From positions 5,692 through 69,691 of the forward strand of contig DATIWL010000082.1 of NCBI GenBank assembly GCA_035519435.1: a DNA stretch of 64,000 nt, in the 5' to 3' direction. Below are positions 48,415 to 58,654 of this stretch, piece after piece. The notes under the pieces are model-generated. The model saw nothing but the letters and a program-made list of their open reading frames with translations, did no database searches and was not told the origin of the DNA. This DNA is from Terriglobales bacterium. Lineage in GTDB: Bacteria > Acidobacteriota > Terriglobia > Terriglobales > Acidobacteriaceae. Each line of letters begins with the position of its first letter. Position 1 is the first letter of the stretch. Both the position numbers and the translations under genes were made by a program.

Positions 48415-49029
48415 GTGGATTCTCCGAAGGTAAAGCAGGTCGCGTCGGCAGACTTTCCCACGCGCTGGGGCCATTTTCAGATTCACGGTTTCACGACCGG
48501 AGGCGGGAACGGCGCAAACAAGCGGGAGGAAGCGGTCGCGCTGGTCATGGGCGACGTGCATTCCGGCTCGCCATTGGTGCGCATTCATTCGCAGTGCCTG
48601 ACCGGCGACGTCTTCGGCTCACTGCGCTGCGACTGCCGCCAACAACTGGAAATGGCGCTCTCGATGATTGCCCAGCAAGGCGCTGGAGTTCTGATCTACG
48701 AGCAGCAGGAGGGACGCGGCATCGGTCTGATGGCCAAACTGCAAGCCTATGCGTTACAGGACAGTGGCCTGGACACAGTCGAGGCCAATGAGAGGCTTGG
48801 ATTCAAGGCGGATCACCGCGAGTTCCAGATGCCCGCGGAGATTCTGAAGGCCCTGGGGATTCGCAGTGTACGGCTGCTCTCGAATAATCCTGACAAAGTA
48901 GCGGCGCTGCAGCGGGCAGGAATCAAAGTGACCGAACGGGTTCCGTGCGAAGTGCCGTCCAGCGAGTACTCAGAAGACTATCTCAAGACAAAGAAAGAAA
49001 AGCTGGGCCACTTGTTCACCAAGCGCTAG
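48415..49029 (+). CDS. ribA: GTP cyclohydrolase II
   Basis: FPTRWGHFQIHGF, VRIHSQCLTGDVFGSLRCDCRQQL, EGRGIGL. In-frame GTG 48415 gives the canonical length. The longer ORF from 47992 overlaps the upstream gene. Confidence 0.9.
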   Translation: MDSPKVKQVASADFPTRWGHFQIHGFTTGGGNGANKREEAVALVMGDVHSGSPLVRIHSQCLTGDVFGSLRCDCRQQLEMALSMIAQQGAGVLIYEQQEGRGIGLMAKLQAYALQDSGLDTVEANERLGFKADHREFQMPAEILKALGIRSVRLLSNNPDKVAALQRAGIKVTERVPCEVPSSEYSEDYLKTKKEKLGHLFTKR

Positions 49030-49035
49030 CCGCGG

Positions 49036-49920
49036 TTAGTAGGTAGTCCTATACCCACGTCGGCGTGCCTCGTTCAACAACCGTTCCAGTCCTTTCCGGT
49101 TCTTCAGCGGTAACCTGCGCAGTGCCGACCGTGCCAGGGCCACATACACTTCGCGCGGTAGGGGGTGGTTTCTCAACACGGCGAGGTGCCGCGCCACCGT
49201 ATCCACGTCTCCACGGATGATCGGCCCGCTGAAGGAGTTCCCGGGCCCGAGTCGAGTGTAGTTCTCCAATGTCTGGCGGACGATGGGCAAGCTCATGCGG
49301 CGCGCGTCGTTACGGCTCAGTCCCGCCACGGCCGCGGCTTCCTCCAGCGTCACGAGAAAGGCCAGCAGCAGAGGCGAAGTCATGGTCGCCCAGGCGTGAT
49401 AGGCGGCTTTGCGTGAAGCTGAAAGCCGGAAACTCAATCCGCCCAAATCGCGCACGATGCGGCGAGCAAAGCGGACCGCGGCGGAATCGCCTTCTACGGC
49501 AAAAGGAACGCCGGCGAGTGGGGGCCGCGTCGCCGCGACAAACGTCATGAGTGGATGCACGGACGCGACCGCGATCCCGACCTTGCGCAACGGCTCCAAC
49601 TCGCGGCTGCTGAGGGCGCCGCTTGCATGGAACGCAAAGCGGACTCTTTCCTTCCCGAGTTTCGTCACTGAAGCTGCCGCTTTGCGTATCTCGCGATCGG
49701 GAACGCAAAGCCAGAGCAGACCGGCTCGCAGTTGGGCCGACTCAAGTGTGACCGCCTGCGCACCGACAGCTCGCGCCAGCCGCTGTGCGCGACGATGTGA
49801 GGCGGATGAGCCGCGGCCGGCAATCTCAGCGATGGTATAGCCGGCGTCCCTGAGCGCGGGCGCCAGGGAGGTGGCCAGGCTGCCGGCCCCGACAATTGCG
49901 ATTCGGGGCTTGCGAGTCAC
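49036..49920 (-). CDS. Rossmann-like plus DUF2520 domain protein
   Basis: PRIAIVGAGSLATSLAPAL dinucleotide fold. The C-terminal pattern ..TGP..RGD.. is typical of DUF2520. Confidence 0.75.
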   Translation of the reverse strand: MTRKPRIAIVGAGSLATSLAPALRDAGYTIAEIAGRGSSASHRRAQRLARAVGAQAVTLESAQLRAGLLWLCVPDREIRKAAASVTKLGKERVRFAFHASGALSSRELEPLRKVGIAVASVHPLMTFVAATRPPLAGVPFAVEGDSAAVRFARRIVRDLGGLSFRLSASRKAAYHAWATMTSPLLLAFLVTLEEAAAVAGLSRNDARRMSLPIVRQTLENYTRLGPGNSFSGPIIRGDVDTVARHLAVLRNHPLPREVYVALARSALRRLPLKNRKGLERLLNEARRRGYRTTY

Positions 49921-50039
49921 GCGCGCAGCATATCATTGCAGACCGCGCGCCGGCTCGCTTACCCGAAACGGGCCCGGAGTCGTGCGCTCCGAACGGAGCC
50001 GGAAGAGGATTCGTCACACGCTCGGTTATATTGTCTGTC

Positions 50040-50609
50040 ATGGGGAAATCAGGAACGCCACGGTCCAAAGCACGAGTTATTTCTTCGCGCGTAAGCTATC
50101 GCGGACCAGTCTTTTCCGTCACGACCGATCAGGTGGAGGAGCCGGGAGGAATTCGGGCCCGTCGCGATGTGGTCCGGCACTCGGGTTCGATCGTCGTGCT
50201 GGCGGTAGACGATCACTCTCCTGAGCCGCGAATTCTGCTGGAGTGGCAATACCGGCATGCGGCCGGAGCGATGATGTTGGAACTCCCCGCCGGGCGGATC
50301 GACGATGGCGAACGCGAGCTGGCGGCGGCCAAACGCGAATTGCTGGAAGAAACCGGCTATAGCGCGCGGCGCTGGAAGAGGATGTTGCATTTCTATGTCA
50401 GCCCTGGCTTCCTCGACGAAGCTATGACCATCTACCTCGCTCAAGACCTCAAGGCAGGTATCGCGCAACCCGAGGAAGACGAGAAGATTCAGATCCGGTT
50501 CGTCCCGCTTTCCCAGGCCGTTCGCATGGTCGGCAGTGGCCAGATCCGGGACGCCAAGACGATCGCCGGCCTCCTCTGGTTTGCCCAGAACGGCAGAAAA
50601 CATCGGTAA
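50040..50609 (+). CDS. NUDIX hydrolase (ADP-ribose pyrophosphatase-like)
   Basis: Nudix box [26 protein letters not shown] 50040 is preferred over 49896, which overlaps the divergent gene. Confidence 0.85.
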   Translation: MGKSGTPRSKARVISSRVSYRGPVFSVTTDQVEEPGGIRARRDVVRHSGSIVVLAVDDHSPEPRILLEWQYRHAAGAMMLELPAGRIDDGERELAAAKRELLEETGYSARRWKRMLHFYVSPGFLDEAMTIYLAQDLKAGIAQPEEDEKIQIRFVPLSQAVRMVGSGQIRDAKTIAGLLWFAQNGRKHR

Positions 50610-50773
50610 ATCCCACGGATTCCGCGTGGGCGAAGCTGGCCGACATGTCCGCGTCCCGTGTGATACCAGTCCTTGACAGTGCCCATGTGCCGCCTCACAA
50701 TGCGTACGCATTCCTGCAGCCTCACGCGGGAATCGTCCACCGTTTCGCGGGAGGCGCGGGGCAGGGGGGGCAC

Positions 50774-50983
50774 GTGGAACGTCTGAAAGGAACCGTCAAG
50801 TGGTTCAACAACGCGAAGGGATACGGGTTCATCGGCCGCGACGACGGGCCTGATGTATTCGTACACTACAGCGCGATCACCGCCGAAGGCTATAAAAGCC
50901 TTCAGGAGGGTGACAAAGTCGAATTTGAAATTGTTCAGGGACAGAAGGGCCCTCAGGCAGCGAACGTAACGAAGGCCTCCTAG
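50774..50983 (+). CDS. cspA: Cold-shock protein (CspA family)
   Basis: [15 protein letters not shown] (RNP1), DVFVHYS (RNP2). In-frame GTG 50774 gives 69 aa, with a long 5' leader as is typical for csp genes. Confidence 0.9.
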   Translation: MERLKGTVKWFNNAKGYGFIGRDDGPDVFVHYSAITAEGYKSLQEGDKVEFEIVQGQKGPQAANVTKAS

Positions 50984-51000
50984 TCTGCGAGGCCGTTTTT
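50974..51000 (+). terminator. Rho-independent terminator after csp
   Basis: GGCCTC (50974-50979), 9-nt loop, GAGGCC (50989-50994), then GTTTTT. Confidence 0.55.
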
Positions 51001-51105
51001 CCTCAACGCCCAGGTTATTGTTTTCCTCTGGCCGCAGGCTGTGGTGTGCCTCTCCGCACTCCGATCCAACGCATTCGCATCCGCGGCGCTACAATTTCTC
51101 CATTC

Positions 51106-52848
51106 ATGGACAACAAGGCTATCGCCAGCGTTCTGTACGAAACCGCCGACCTGCTCGAAATCGACGGGCAGGATTCTTTCCGTGTGCGCTCCTACCGTAA
51201 TGCCGCGCAGGCGATCGAGGCATTGCCGCAGCAGGTGAAGGATCTGATCGAGGAGCCGAAGAAACTGCTCGAAGTTCCCGGCATCGGCAAAGGTATGCTG
51301 CTCAACATGCAGCAGCTTCTCAGCGAAGGACGGCTCGAAGCGCACGCCGCATTGCTGAAGAAGTACCGGCCCTCAATGCTGGAACTGCTCAAGATTCAGG
51401 GCTTGGGACCGAAGACGATCGCGCTGATCTGGAGCGCCTATCAGGTCAGCGACCTCGACGGGGTCGAGAAGCTGGCGCGTGAGGGCAAGATTCGCACGCT
51501 GCCGCGCATGGGCGAAAAGCATGAGCTGAAGCTGATCAAGGCGATTGAAGACTACCGCCGAATCGGCGGGCGGTTCCTGCTGGATACAGCGGAACAATTG
51601 GCGGAGAAGCTCGTCGAGCATTTGCGGCAGGTTCCAGGCGTGGAGAAAGTGACGCCGGCGGGCTCCTTGCGTCGCGGGCGTGAAACGGTTGGAGATCTCG
51701 ACATCCTCGTGACCGGCAAGGCTTGCTGCTCTGCGGAAGCGCTGCAGACGATCAAGGACCATCTGATTCGTTTTCCTGGCCTGATGGAGATCATCGCGCA
51801 GGGCGAGAACAAGGTCAGCTTTCGTCAGCGCAACGGCATACAGGTCGACGTGCGCCTTCTGCCGCCGGAATCCTTCGGCGCCGCCATGCAGTACTTCACC
51901 GGGTCGAAGGCGCATAACGTTGCCTTGCGCCAGCGCGCGTTGAAGATGGGTTACACGCTCAGCGAATACAGCCTGGCCACGCTGGAAGGCGAAAAGCCGG
52001 TCGCCGGCAAAACAGAGGAGGAGATTTACTCGAAGCTGAAGCTGGATTTCATCCCCCCTGAATTGCGTGAAAACCAGGGCGAGATTGAAGCGGCGGCAAG
52101 TCACTCGCTGCCAGAGTTGCTGGAACTGGCGGACATCCGCGGCGATGTGCACATGCACACGGTGGAAACCGACGGCCGCAACACGATCGAGGAGATGGCG
52201 GAAGCCGCACGCGAGCGCGGATATCAGTACATCGCGATCACGGACCACTCGAAGAACCTTGCCTTCGCCAACGGTCTCACGGACGAGCGCGCACTGATCC
52301 ACATCGACCGGATTCGGACGGCAGAGAAAAAACAGAAAGGTCTTCGCATACTGGCTGGCGTCGAAGTCGATATTCTCGTCGATGGCGCTCTTGATCTGTC
52401 TGATTCTGTACTCGCCCAGATGGATATCGTCATCGCCAGCGTGCACTCACACTTCAATCAGGATCGCGACACGATGACCGAGCGATTGCTGAAGGCGGTC
52501 AGCAATCCGAACGTCTCGGTTCTTGGACACCCGACTGGCAGGCAGTTATTGCGGCGCGATGCGTATCCATTCGACATGGACGCCGTCCTGAAAACTGCGG
52601 CCAAGAACAAAGTGGCCATGGAACTCAATGCATATCCCGACCGGCTCGACCTGTGTGATGTGCACCTGAGGATGGCCAAGCAACATGGCGTAAAAGTCGT
52701 GATCAATACCGATTCCCACCACACCTCGCACCTGGACAAAATACGCTACGGTATAACCCAGGCCCGGCGGGCCTGGCTGACAAAGGATGACGTCCTGAAC
52801 ACTTTGCCGGCCCAGAAGTTTGCTTCTGCCATTCGACGGGGATGGTGA
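51106..52848 (+). CDS. polX: DNA polymerase X family protein with C-terminal PHP domain
   Basis: MDNKAIASVLYETADLLEI.. (HhH), GSLRRGRETVGDLDILV (pol beta-like nucleotidyltransferase), and PHP histidines (DVHMHT..TDHS..). Confidence 0.9.
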   Translation: MDNKAIASVLYETADLLEIDGQDSFRVRSYRNAAQAIEALPQQVKDLIEEPKKLLEVPGIGKGMLLNMQQLLSEGRLEAHAALLKKYRPSMLELLKIQGLGPKTIALIWSAYQVSDLDGVEKLAREGKIRTLPRMGEKHELKLIKAIEDYRRIGGRFLLDTAEQLAEKLVEHLRQVPGVEKVTPAGSLRRGRETVGDLDILVTGKACCSAEALQTIKDHLIRFPGLMEIIAQGENKVSFRQRNGIQVDVRLLPPESFGAAMQYFTGSKAHNVALRQRALKMGYTLSEYSLATLEGEKPVAGKTEEEIYSKLKLDFIPPELRENQGEIEAAASHSLPELLELADIRGDVHMHTVETDGRNTIEEMAEAARERGYQYIAITDHSKNLAFANGLTDERALIHIDRIRTAEKKQKGLRILAGVEVDILVDGALDLSDSVLAQMDIVIASVHSHFNQDRDTMTERLLKAVSNPNVSVLGHPTGRQLLRRDAYPFDMDAVLKTAAKNKVAMELNAYPDRLDLCDVHLRMAKQHGVKVVINTDSHHTSHLDKIRYGITQARRAWLTKDDVLNTLPAQKFASAIRRGW

Positions 52849-52978
52849 AGTGCCCCGGCGACTGGGCAACAGTATTCCTATTATTCCCGCCGTGCCCTGC
52901 TGCAAGCTGCAAATGCATTCACACCAGCGCTGCTCCCCGGCTAGAATCAACCAGTTAGGGCCGTAGCGGGGCAAATCG

Positions 52979-54172
52979 TTGGTCTCTGACGTGCTGGCCG
53001 TGACAGAGGGGTGCCCTGCCCTCCAGGTCGAATTTACGACTGATCTGAGGTCCGAGGAAAAGACGCGATTGGCCGAAGTGACGATTCAAGCGAACCAGAT
53101 CGAGACAGTTCCCATACAGAGCGCCGCTCGTGGGACGGATACGTCTGCGGATCGCAGCCGTCGTCCTGTGTTTGTGATTGGCTGCCACCGTTCCGGTACG
53201 AACCTGCTTTACGACATGCTTCTTTCCTCGGGCGACTTCGCGATCTACCGCGGACAGCTGCCGGTCTATAAGCTGTTCCTCCCAAAGTTCGGCAGCCTGG
53301 ATAAACGGGGCAATATGGAACGCGCCGTAGACACGTGGCTCCATAGCAAGGGTTATCGCAGGTCAGGCCTGAAGGCGAAGGAAATTCGGGCGAAGCTTCT
53401 GGAGGCGCGCCACAGCGCAGGGGACTTCATGCGCACCGTCATGAACGAGATCGCCAGCAACCAGAATGCGCGGCGCTGGGCGATCTACGATCCCGATGGC
53501 GTGCTTTACATGCAGCAGATCAAGGCGGACATTCCGGAGGCTTTGTTCATCCACATCGTCCGTGACGGGCGCGACATCGCTCTCTCCCTGAAAAAGATGG
53601 AAGGTTTCAAGCCCCTGCCGTGGGACATTGGCTCGTCGCGGGGACTGCTCGCGACGGCCGCCTACTGGAAATGGATGGTTCGGACGGGACAGACCTGCGG
53701 GCGCACGATCCCGGCAGACTACATGGAAGTGCGATACGAAGATCTTGTGCAAACGCCGCACGAGACGCTCGCAGCGCTCGGCCGTTTTTTAGATCACGAC
53801 CTGGATTACGAGCGGATCCAGAAAGCCGGTCTGGGGCGATTAAGCGAGACGAATTCCTCCTTTCGCGAGGAAGGGGCGCATTCTGGGATCAACCCTGTCC
53901 AGCGCTGGAAGGAGCGGCTGTCACACGACCAGGTTGCTGCTCTTGAAGCGCTGGTCGGTGACTGCCTGGAAGAACATGGATATGAGTTGGCGACTCCATT
54001 GAAACAGAGAAAGGCCGGACTCCACGGAAAATGGATCCGCGCTTTCTATCCGGCTCTGCTCGGTGCTAAGCAATGGCTGAAGACCAGGACTCCACTGGGG
54101 AAGCTGGCTAATTTATCGGTGCTGGAACTCTCCGACGTGGTGCCCGAGACCAGCGTGGTGGACAGCAGGTAA
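52979..54172 (+). CDS. Sulfotransferase family protein (Sulfotransfer_3-like)
   Basis: PVFVIGCHRSGTNLLYDML (PAPS 5'-phosphate loop), FIHIVRDGRDIALS, YEDLV. Start (TTG 52979) uncertain. Confidence 0.75.
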   Translation: MVSDVLAVTEGCPALQVEFTTDLRSEEKTRLAEVTIQANQIETVPIQSAARGTDTSADRSRRPVFVIGCHRSGTNLLYDMLLSSGDFAIYRGQLPVYKLFLPKFGSLDKRGNMERAVDTWLHSKGYRRSGLKAKEIRAKLLEARHSAGDFMRTVMNEIASNQNARRWAIYDPDGVLYMQQIKADIPEALFIHIVRDGRDIALSLKKMEGFKPLPWDIGSSRGLLATAAYWKWMVRTGQTCGRTIPADYMEVRYEDLVQTPHETLAALGRFLDHDLDYERIQKAGLGRLSETNSSFREEGAHSGINPVQRWKERLSHDQVAALEALVGDCLEEHGYELATPLKQRKAGLHGKWIRAFYPALLGAKQWLKTRTPLGKLANLSVLELSDVVPETSVVDSR

Positions 54173-54190
54173 AACGGAGACACTCCTCTA

Positions 54191-55594
54191 GTGGATTCCA
54201 CTTCCGATCACGGTCCGCTGTTGGGACGAGCCCTGCTGGCTCTCACCTGCCGCATGCGCGGCTTCGACACGCTGGGTGTACTCGACGAGATCAAGACGGC
54301 ACCGTTCCGGCCGGCTGAAGAAATCCGGGAGAGGCAATTCCGCGCAGCCGCTTCCCTGCTGGCGCATGCTGAAACGCACGTTCCCTACTACCGTGAACTG
54401 TTCCGCAGTCTCGGGATCATCAGCCGCGATATCCGCAGCTGGGACGATTTCGAAAAGTTGCCGGTTTTGACCAAAGACATCATCCGCGCAAGGCAGCGCG
54501 ATCTGGTGCGGGAAGATGTGCCGTTGGAACAACTGCGGCCCCACTTCAGCGGAGGATCGACAGGCGTGCCTCTGAAATTCTTCCGCAGTCGCGAATACAT
54601 GGTCGCCAGCGACGCAGGGACCTACCGCAATTTGATGCAATGCGGATGGCGTCCGGGAGAGATGGTCGCCTTCTTCTGGGGCGGGAACGACAAGCTCTAC
54701 GCCATGTCCCGAATAGAATTCGAGTTGCGCCAGTTCGCGCGCCGCATGTATCAGTTCGACCCTTTTCATTCCGGCGAAGCAGAAATGGCCAGCTGGGAAA
54801 GGCAATTCCGGCGGATCCGGCCTCGCGCGATTCTCGGGTATGCCTCTACGATCGCGCGTTTTGCGCAATTCCTCGACAGCCGCAAGCAAACGATCGATCG
54901 GATCAAAGGCGTTTTCACAACCGCGGAGAAGTTGTACGCGCCGCAACGCGCCGTCATCGAACGCGTCTTCCAGGGCAAGGTGTTTGACTGCTATGGCTCG
55001 AGTGAGGTGCAGAACATCGCAGCCGAGTGCCTTAGGGGAAGCATGCACATCAACGCCGATTTCGTCGTGCTCGAGGAGGATCGGACGGCGGCGCAAGGTC
55101 CAAGACCGTTCCTGCTGACCTCGCTGAAGAACTGGTCCATGCCGTTCCTTCGTTATCGCAACGAGGACTGCGGATATGTTTCAGGTGAACGCTGCTCGTG
55201 CGGCAACAATTTTCCATTGATGCGGCTTGAGATCGCTCGCACCAGCGACAATTTCCTGTTTCCGGGCGGGCGAGTCGTGCACGGCGAGTTCTTCACGCAC
55301 CTTATGTATGGCAGCGACGGGATCGTGAACTTCCAGTTTCATCAGACCGCCACAGACGAAATCAAACTGTGGATCGTGCCCGGTCCGGGAAATGAAAGGG
55401 CGCGTGAGGAGAAGATCCAGGAATCGATTCGACAGATTCAGGCGGTATCTCCAGGTCATCCCATTCGAATCGAGGTACGAGAGGTCGATGCCATCCCGCT
55501 GTCCACGGCCGGGAAGCACCGCTTCACTCGGTCCGACGTGGGTTCGCGAACCAGCTCGGCTCCCGATCCTGCCGTGGCGGAAATCAGGTCCTGA
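54191..55594 (+). CDS. CapK/PaaK-like adenylate-forming enzyme (phenylacetate-CoA ligase family)
   Basis: SGGSTGVPLKF AMP-binding loop. The pattern YYRELF..W.DF.KLPVLTK is typical of F390-synthetase/CapK relatives. Confidence 0.8.
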   Translation: MDSTSDHGPLLGRALLALTCRMRGFDTLGVLDEIKTAPFRPAEEIRERQFRAAASLLAHAETHVPYYRELFRSLGIISRDIRSWDDFEKLPVLTKDIIRARQRDLVREDVPLEQLRPHFSGGSTGVPLKFFRSREYMVASDAGTYRNLMQCGWRPGEMVAFFWGGNDKLYAMSRIEFELRQFARRMYQFDPFHSGEAEMASWERQFRRIRPRAILGYASTIARFAQFLDSRKQTIDRIKGVFTTAEKLYAPQRAVIERVFQGKVFDCYGSSEVQNIAAECLRGSMHINADFVVLEEDRTAAQGPRPFLLTSLKNWSMPFLRYRNEDCGYVSGERCSCGNNFPLMRLEIARTSDNFLFPGGRVVHGEFFTHLMYGSDGIVNFQFHQTATDEIKLWIVPGPGNERAREEKIQESIRQIQAVSPGHPIRIEVREVDAIPLSTAGKHRFTRSDVGSRTSSAPDPAVAEIRS

Positions 55595-55965
55595 CCTCAG
55601 AACCGTTCATTCCACCCGTTTAGCTGCCTCCCGTTGGGGATGGTAGAGTGGAACTTGCGACTCCATTTCCGAGGGTCGTACCGCATTCTTTTTCACACTT
55701 AACGACGGGTTCGGCTGGAATCTGGTCCGCTCGGGGGCGCGTTGGGGTTTTAGGGTATTGTTGTCAATAACTTACATAACCACGTTCAGCCGCCTACGGA
55801 ATTGGAATTGCTCCTCCTGCCCTGTTACACAGCTTTCGTACGCAGCCAGAGAACATCTGTAGAACGACGCTGGGGTAGAGGATGCCCTTGCAGCCCCGCG
55901 GGGGAGCCCTGGCGGCCGGAGTGATGACAAGCGGAATCGTTTGCTTTCCCAGAAAACAGAGGTAT

Positions 55966-57735
55966 ATGGAACACACCATGGAGGTTACAGAATTGACGGT
56001 CTCGACCAACCATCTTATCGCCCCGCACGGGGGAGAACTTATTGAGCTGCAAGTGCCGGCCGAGCGTGCCGCGGAGTTGAAAGCGCATTCCAAAGAATGG
56101 CCGTCCTGGGACCTGACGGGACGTCAGCTGTGCGATCTGGAACTGTTGGTGAGTGGCGGGTTTTCGCCGCTGCGTGGATTCCTGAACCGCGCCGATTATG
56201 AGAGCGTTTGCTGCGACATGAGGCTGGCGGACGGAACACTGTGGCCGATGCCGATCACTCTCGATGTCACCGAAGAATTTGCCAAGAAACTGACTCCCGG
56301 CAGCAGCAAGGTTGCATTGCGCGATCCCGAGGGCGTGATGCTGGCCGTCGTTCATGTCGAAGATGTATGGCAACCTGACCGTGTAGCGGAAGCAAAGGCG
56401 GTATTCAATTCGACGAGCGCGGCCCATCCTGGGGCCGATTATGCCATCAACAAGTCGAACCCATGGTACGTAGGCGGCAGGGTGGAAGGCCTGCAACCGC
56501 CATCCCACTACGATTTCCGCAGCCTCCGCCTGACCCCAGCGGAGCTTCGCGCTGAATTCCAGCGCCTGGGATGGACGCGTATTGTTGCCTTCCAGACCCG
56601 CAACCCGATGCACCGCGCGCACGTTGAACTGACGATGCGGGCAGCGAAACAGGTGGAAGCCGATCTGCTCATTCATCCATCGGTCGGAATGACCAAGCCG
56701 GGCGACGTCGACTACTTTGTCCGTACCCGTTGCTACCAACTGCTGCTCTCCAAGTACCCGCACGGGACGGTAAAGCTTTCCATGCTGCCTCTGGCGATGC
56801 GTCTGGGCGGTCCGCGGGAGGCCATCTGGCACGGCCTGATCCGCAAGAACCACGGCTGCACGCACTTCATCGTCGGACGCGATCATGCCGGCCCGGGAAA
56901 AGACACCGACGGGAAGCCGTTCTATGGTCCGTATGACGCTCAGGAACTCTTCAAGAAGCACGAAGCAGAGATGGGCGTGATCATGGTGCCCTTCCAGATG
57001 ATGGTCTACCTGCAGAACGAGGACCGCTATGTACCCGCGGATGAGGTACCACAGGGCGCAAAGGTTCTCGATATCTCCGGCACTGAATTGCGCGCCCGGC
57101 TGAACGAAGGCCGTGAAATTCCGAGTTGGTTCACGTACCCGGAAGTGGTGCAGGAGTTGCGCCGGAGCTATCCGCCGCGGCACAAGCAGGGCGTAACGAT
57201 CTTCTTCACGGGCCTTTCCGGCTCCGGTAAATCGACGATCGCCAACGCGCTGATTACCAAGTTTCTCGAAATGGGCGGACGCCCGGTGACGCTGCTGGAT
57301 GGCGATCTGGTGCGCAAGCATCTCTCGTCGGAGCTCGGCTTCTCCAAAGAGCACCGCGACATCAACATCCGGCGTATCGGTTACGTGGCTTCGGAAATTA
57401 CGAAGAATGGCGGCATCGCCATCTGCGCTCCGATCGCGCCCTATGAGGCGACGCGAAAAGCTGTGCGGCAGATGATCGAACCCTATGGCGGCTTCATCCT
57501 GGTGCATGTGGCCACTTCGCTTGAAGTCTGCGAGGAGCGCGACCGCAAGGGGTTGTACGCGAAGGCGCGTGCCGGCATCGTAAAGGAGTTCACGGGCATC
57601 TCAGATCCGTACGAAGCGCCCCCGAAGGCCGAGGTGGTGATCGATACGGCGAAGCTGAGTCCGGAAGAAGCCGCACAGGCCATCATTCTGCATCTCGACC
57701 GTGAAGGCTTTATTGGGGTGAACGGCAACCAGTAG
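55966..57735 (+). CDS. Bifunctional sulfate adenylyltransferase / adenylylsulfate kinase (PAPS synthesis)
   Basis: ATP sulfurylase motifs QTRNPMHRAH and VGRDHAG. C-terminal APS kinase P-loop GLSGSGKST and LDGDLVR. ATG 55966 (MEHTMEVTEL) preferred. Confidence 0.9.
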   Translation: MEHTMEVTELTVSTNHLIAPHGGELIELQVPAERAAELKAHSKEWPSWDLTGRQLCDLELLVSGGFSPLRGFLNRADYESVCCDMRLADGTLWPMPITLDVTEEFAKKLTPGSSKVALRDPEGVMLAVVHVEDVWQPDRVAEAKAVFNSTSAAHPGADYAINKSNPWYVGGRVEGLQPPSHYDFRSLRLTPAELRAEFQRLGWTRIVAFQTRNPMHRAHVELTMRAAKQVEADLLIHPSVGMTKPGDVDYFVRTRCYQLLLSKYPHGTVKLSMLPLAMRLGGPREAIWHGLIRKNHGCTHFIVGRDHAGPGKDTDGKPFYGPYDAQELFKKHEAEMGVIMVPFQMMVYLQNEDRYVPADEVPQGAKVLDISGTELRARLNEGREIPSWFTYPEVVQELRRSYPPRHKQGVTIFFTGLSGSGKSTIANALITKFLEMGGRPVTLLDGDLVRKHLSSELGFSKEHRDINIRRIGYVASEITKNGGIAICAPIAPYEATRKAVRQMIEPYGGFILVHVATSLEVCEERDRKGLYAKARAGIVKEFTGISDPYEAPPKAEVVIDTAKLSPEEAAQAIILHLDREGFIGVNGNQ

Positions 57736-57775
57736 TGGGGTCGGATCCGCACCTGGGCGGGCAGGCACGGAACGC

Positions 57776-58546
57776 ATGGAACTGGTGACACTAAAAATCC
57801 TGATCGGGTTCATTGTGGGGACCTTGATCGGGCTGACGGGATTGGGCGGCGGCGTGTTGCTGCTGCCCATACTCATCTTTGGGTTGCGTGTCCCTCCCAT
57901 CATCGCGGTGGGATCCGATGCCCTATTCAATTTCCTGACGAAAATCCCGGCCGGTATTCTTCACCTGTCGAAGGGCACGGTTCGGAAGAAGGTCGTCGCC
58001 GCCATGGCGGTGGGCAGTGTCCCGGGATCGCTGCTCGGGGTAACCCTCCTGCAGCACTTGCGGAACGTATATGGAACGGGGGTCAATGACTTCATCAAGT
58101 CCGCTGTGGGAATGCTGCTGGTCTGCATTCCCATGCTTCTGCTGTTTCAGGGCCGCATTGAAGAGCACCTGGCCAAGCGGAAGCCGACGCTGAAGTCTCT
58201 TGCTGGGATGAGCGTCATTGGCCTGTTCGGCGGATTTCTGGTCGGCATGACCTCGGTAGGCTCGGGGAGCATTATCATGATGCTCCTGCTTCTGTTCTAT
58301 ACCTACGCGCCCAAGGTGATGGTGGGCACCGATATTGTGCATGCTGTCATCCTTACAGGTGTAACGAGTCTGCTGCACGCGCGCTTGGGCAATGTCGATT
58401 TGTCGCTCGTTATTCCGCTTCTGGTCGGTTCAGTTCCGGGCGGCATTCTCGGGTCGCACCTGAGCACGCGGGTGCCGGTGCTCTGGCTGCGGAGAATCCT
58501 GTGTGCCGTACTGCTGACGACCGGAGCCAGAATGTTGTGGGCGTAA
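57776..58546 (+). CDS. TauE/SafE family sulfite/organosulfur anion permease
   Basis: 256 aa with about 8 TM helices. GLTGLGGGVLLLPIL and the second-half repeat GMTSVGSGSIIM are typical of the family. Confidence 0.8.
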   Translation: MELVTLKILIGFIVGTLIGLTGLGGGVLLLPILIFGLRVPPIIAVGSDALFNFLTKIPAGILHLSKGTVRKKVVAAMAVGSVPGSLLGVTLLQHLRNVYGTGVNDFIKSAVGMLLVCIPMLLLFQGRIEEHLAKRKPTLKSLAGMSVIGLFGGFLVGMTSVGSGSIIMMLLLLFYTYAPKVMVGTDIVHAVILTGVTSLLHARLGNVDLSLVIPLLVGSVPGGILGSHLSTRVPVLWLRRILCAVLLTTGARMLWA

Positions 58547-58549
58547 GAG

Positions 58550-58640
58550 CAGTGGCTAGAAAGCAGCTTTTCGCTCCTGCCGTTAGCTCTTAGCTTGCAC
58601 CTCAAGAGCGAAGCTGTTGGCTAAAAGCTGGGAGCTGACC
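58550..58640. repeat. Heptad element (AGCT word family)
   Basis: TAGCTCT TAGCTTG (58584-58597) and AAGCTGT TGGCTAA AAGCTGG GAGCTGA (58611-58638). AAAAGCTGGGAGCTGA is the reverse complement of TCAGCTCCCAGCTTTT at 5538-5553. Confidence 0.6.
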
Positions 58641-58654
58641 ACAACGGAGATTTC

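Noticed and set aside
52891-52922. Weak heptad-like run after polX (GCAAGCT GCAAATG CATTCAC)
   Set aside because: Only two to three units, about 50 nt from the stop, with no inverted partner. Too weak to count as a member of the heptad element family.
55825-57507. 560-aa minus-strand ORF
   Set aside because: Antisense to the sat/cysC fusion, which has clear catalytic motifs. No motifs of its own.
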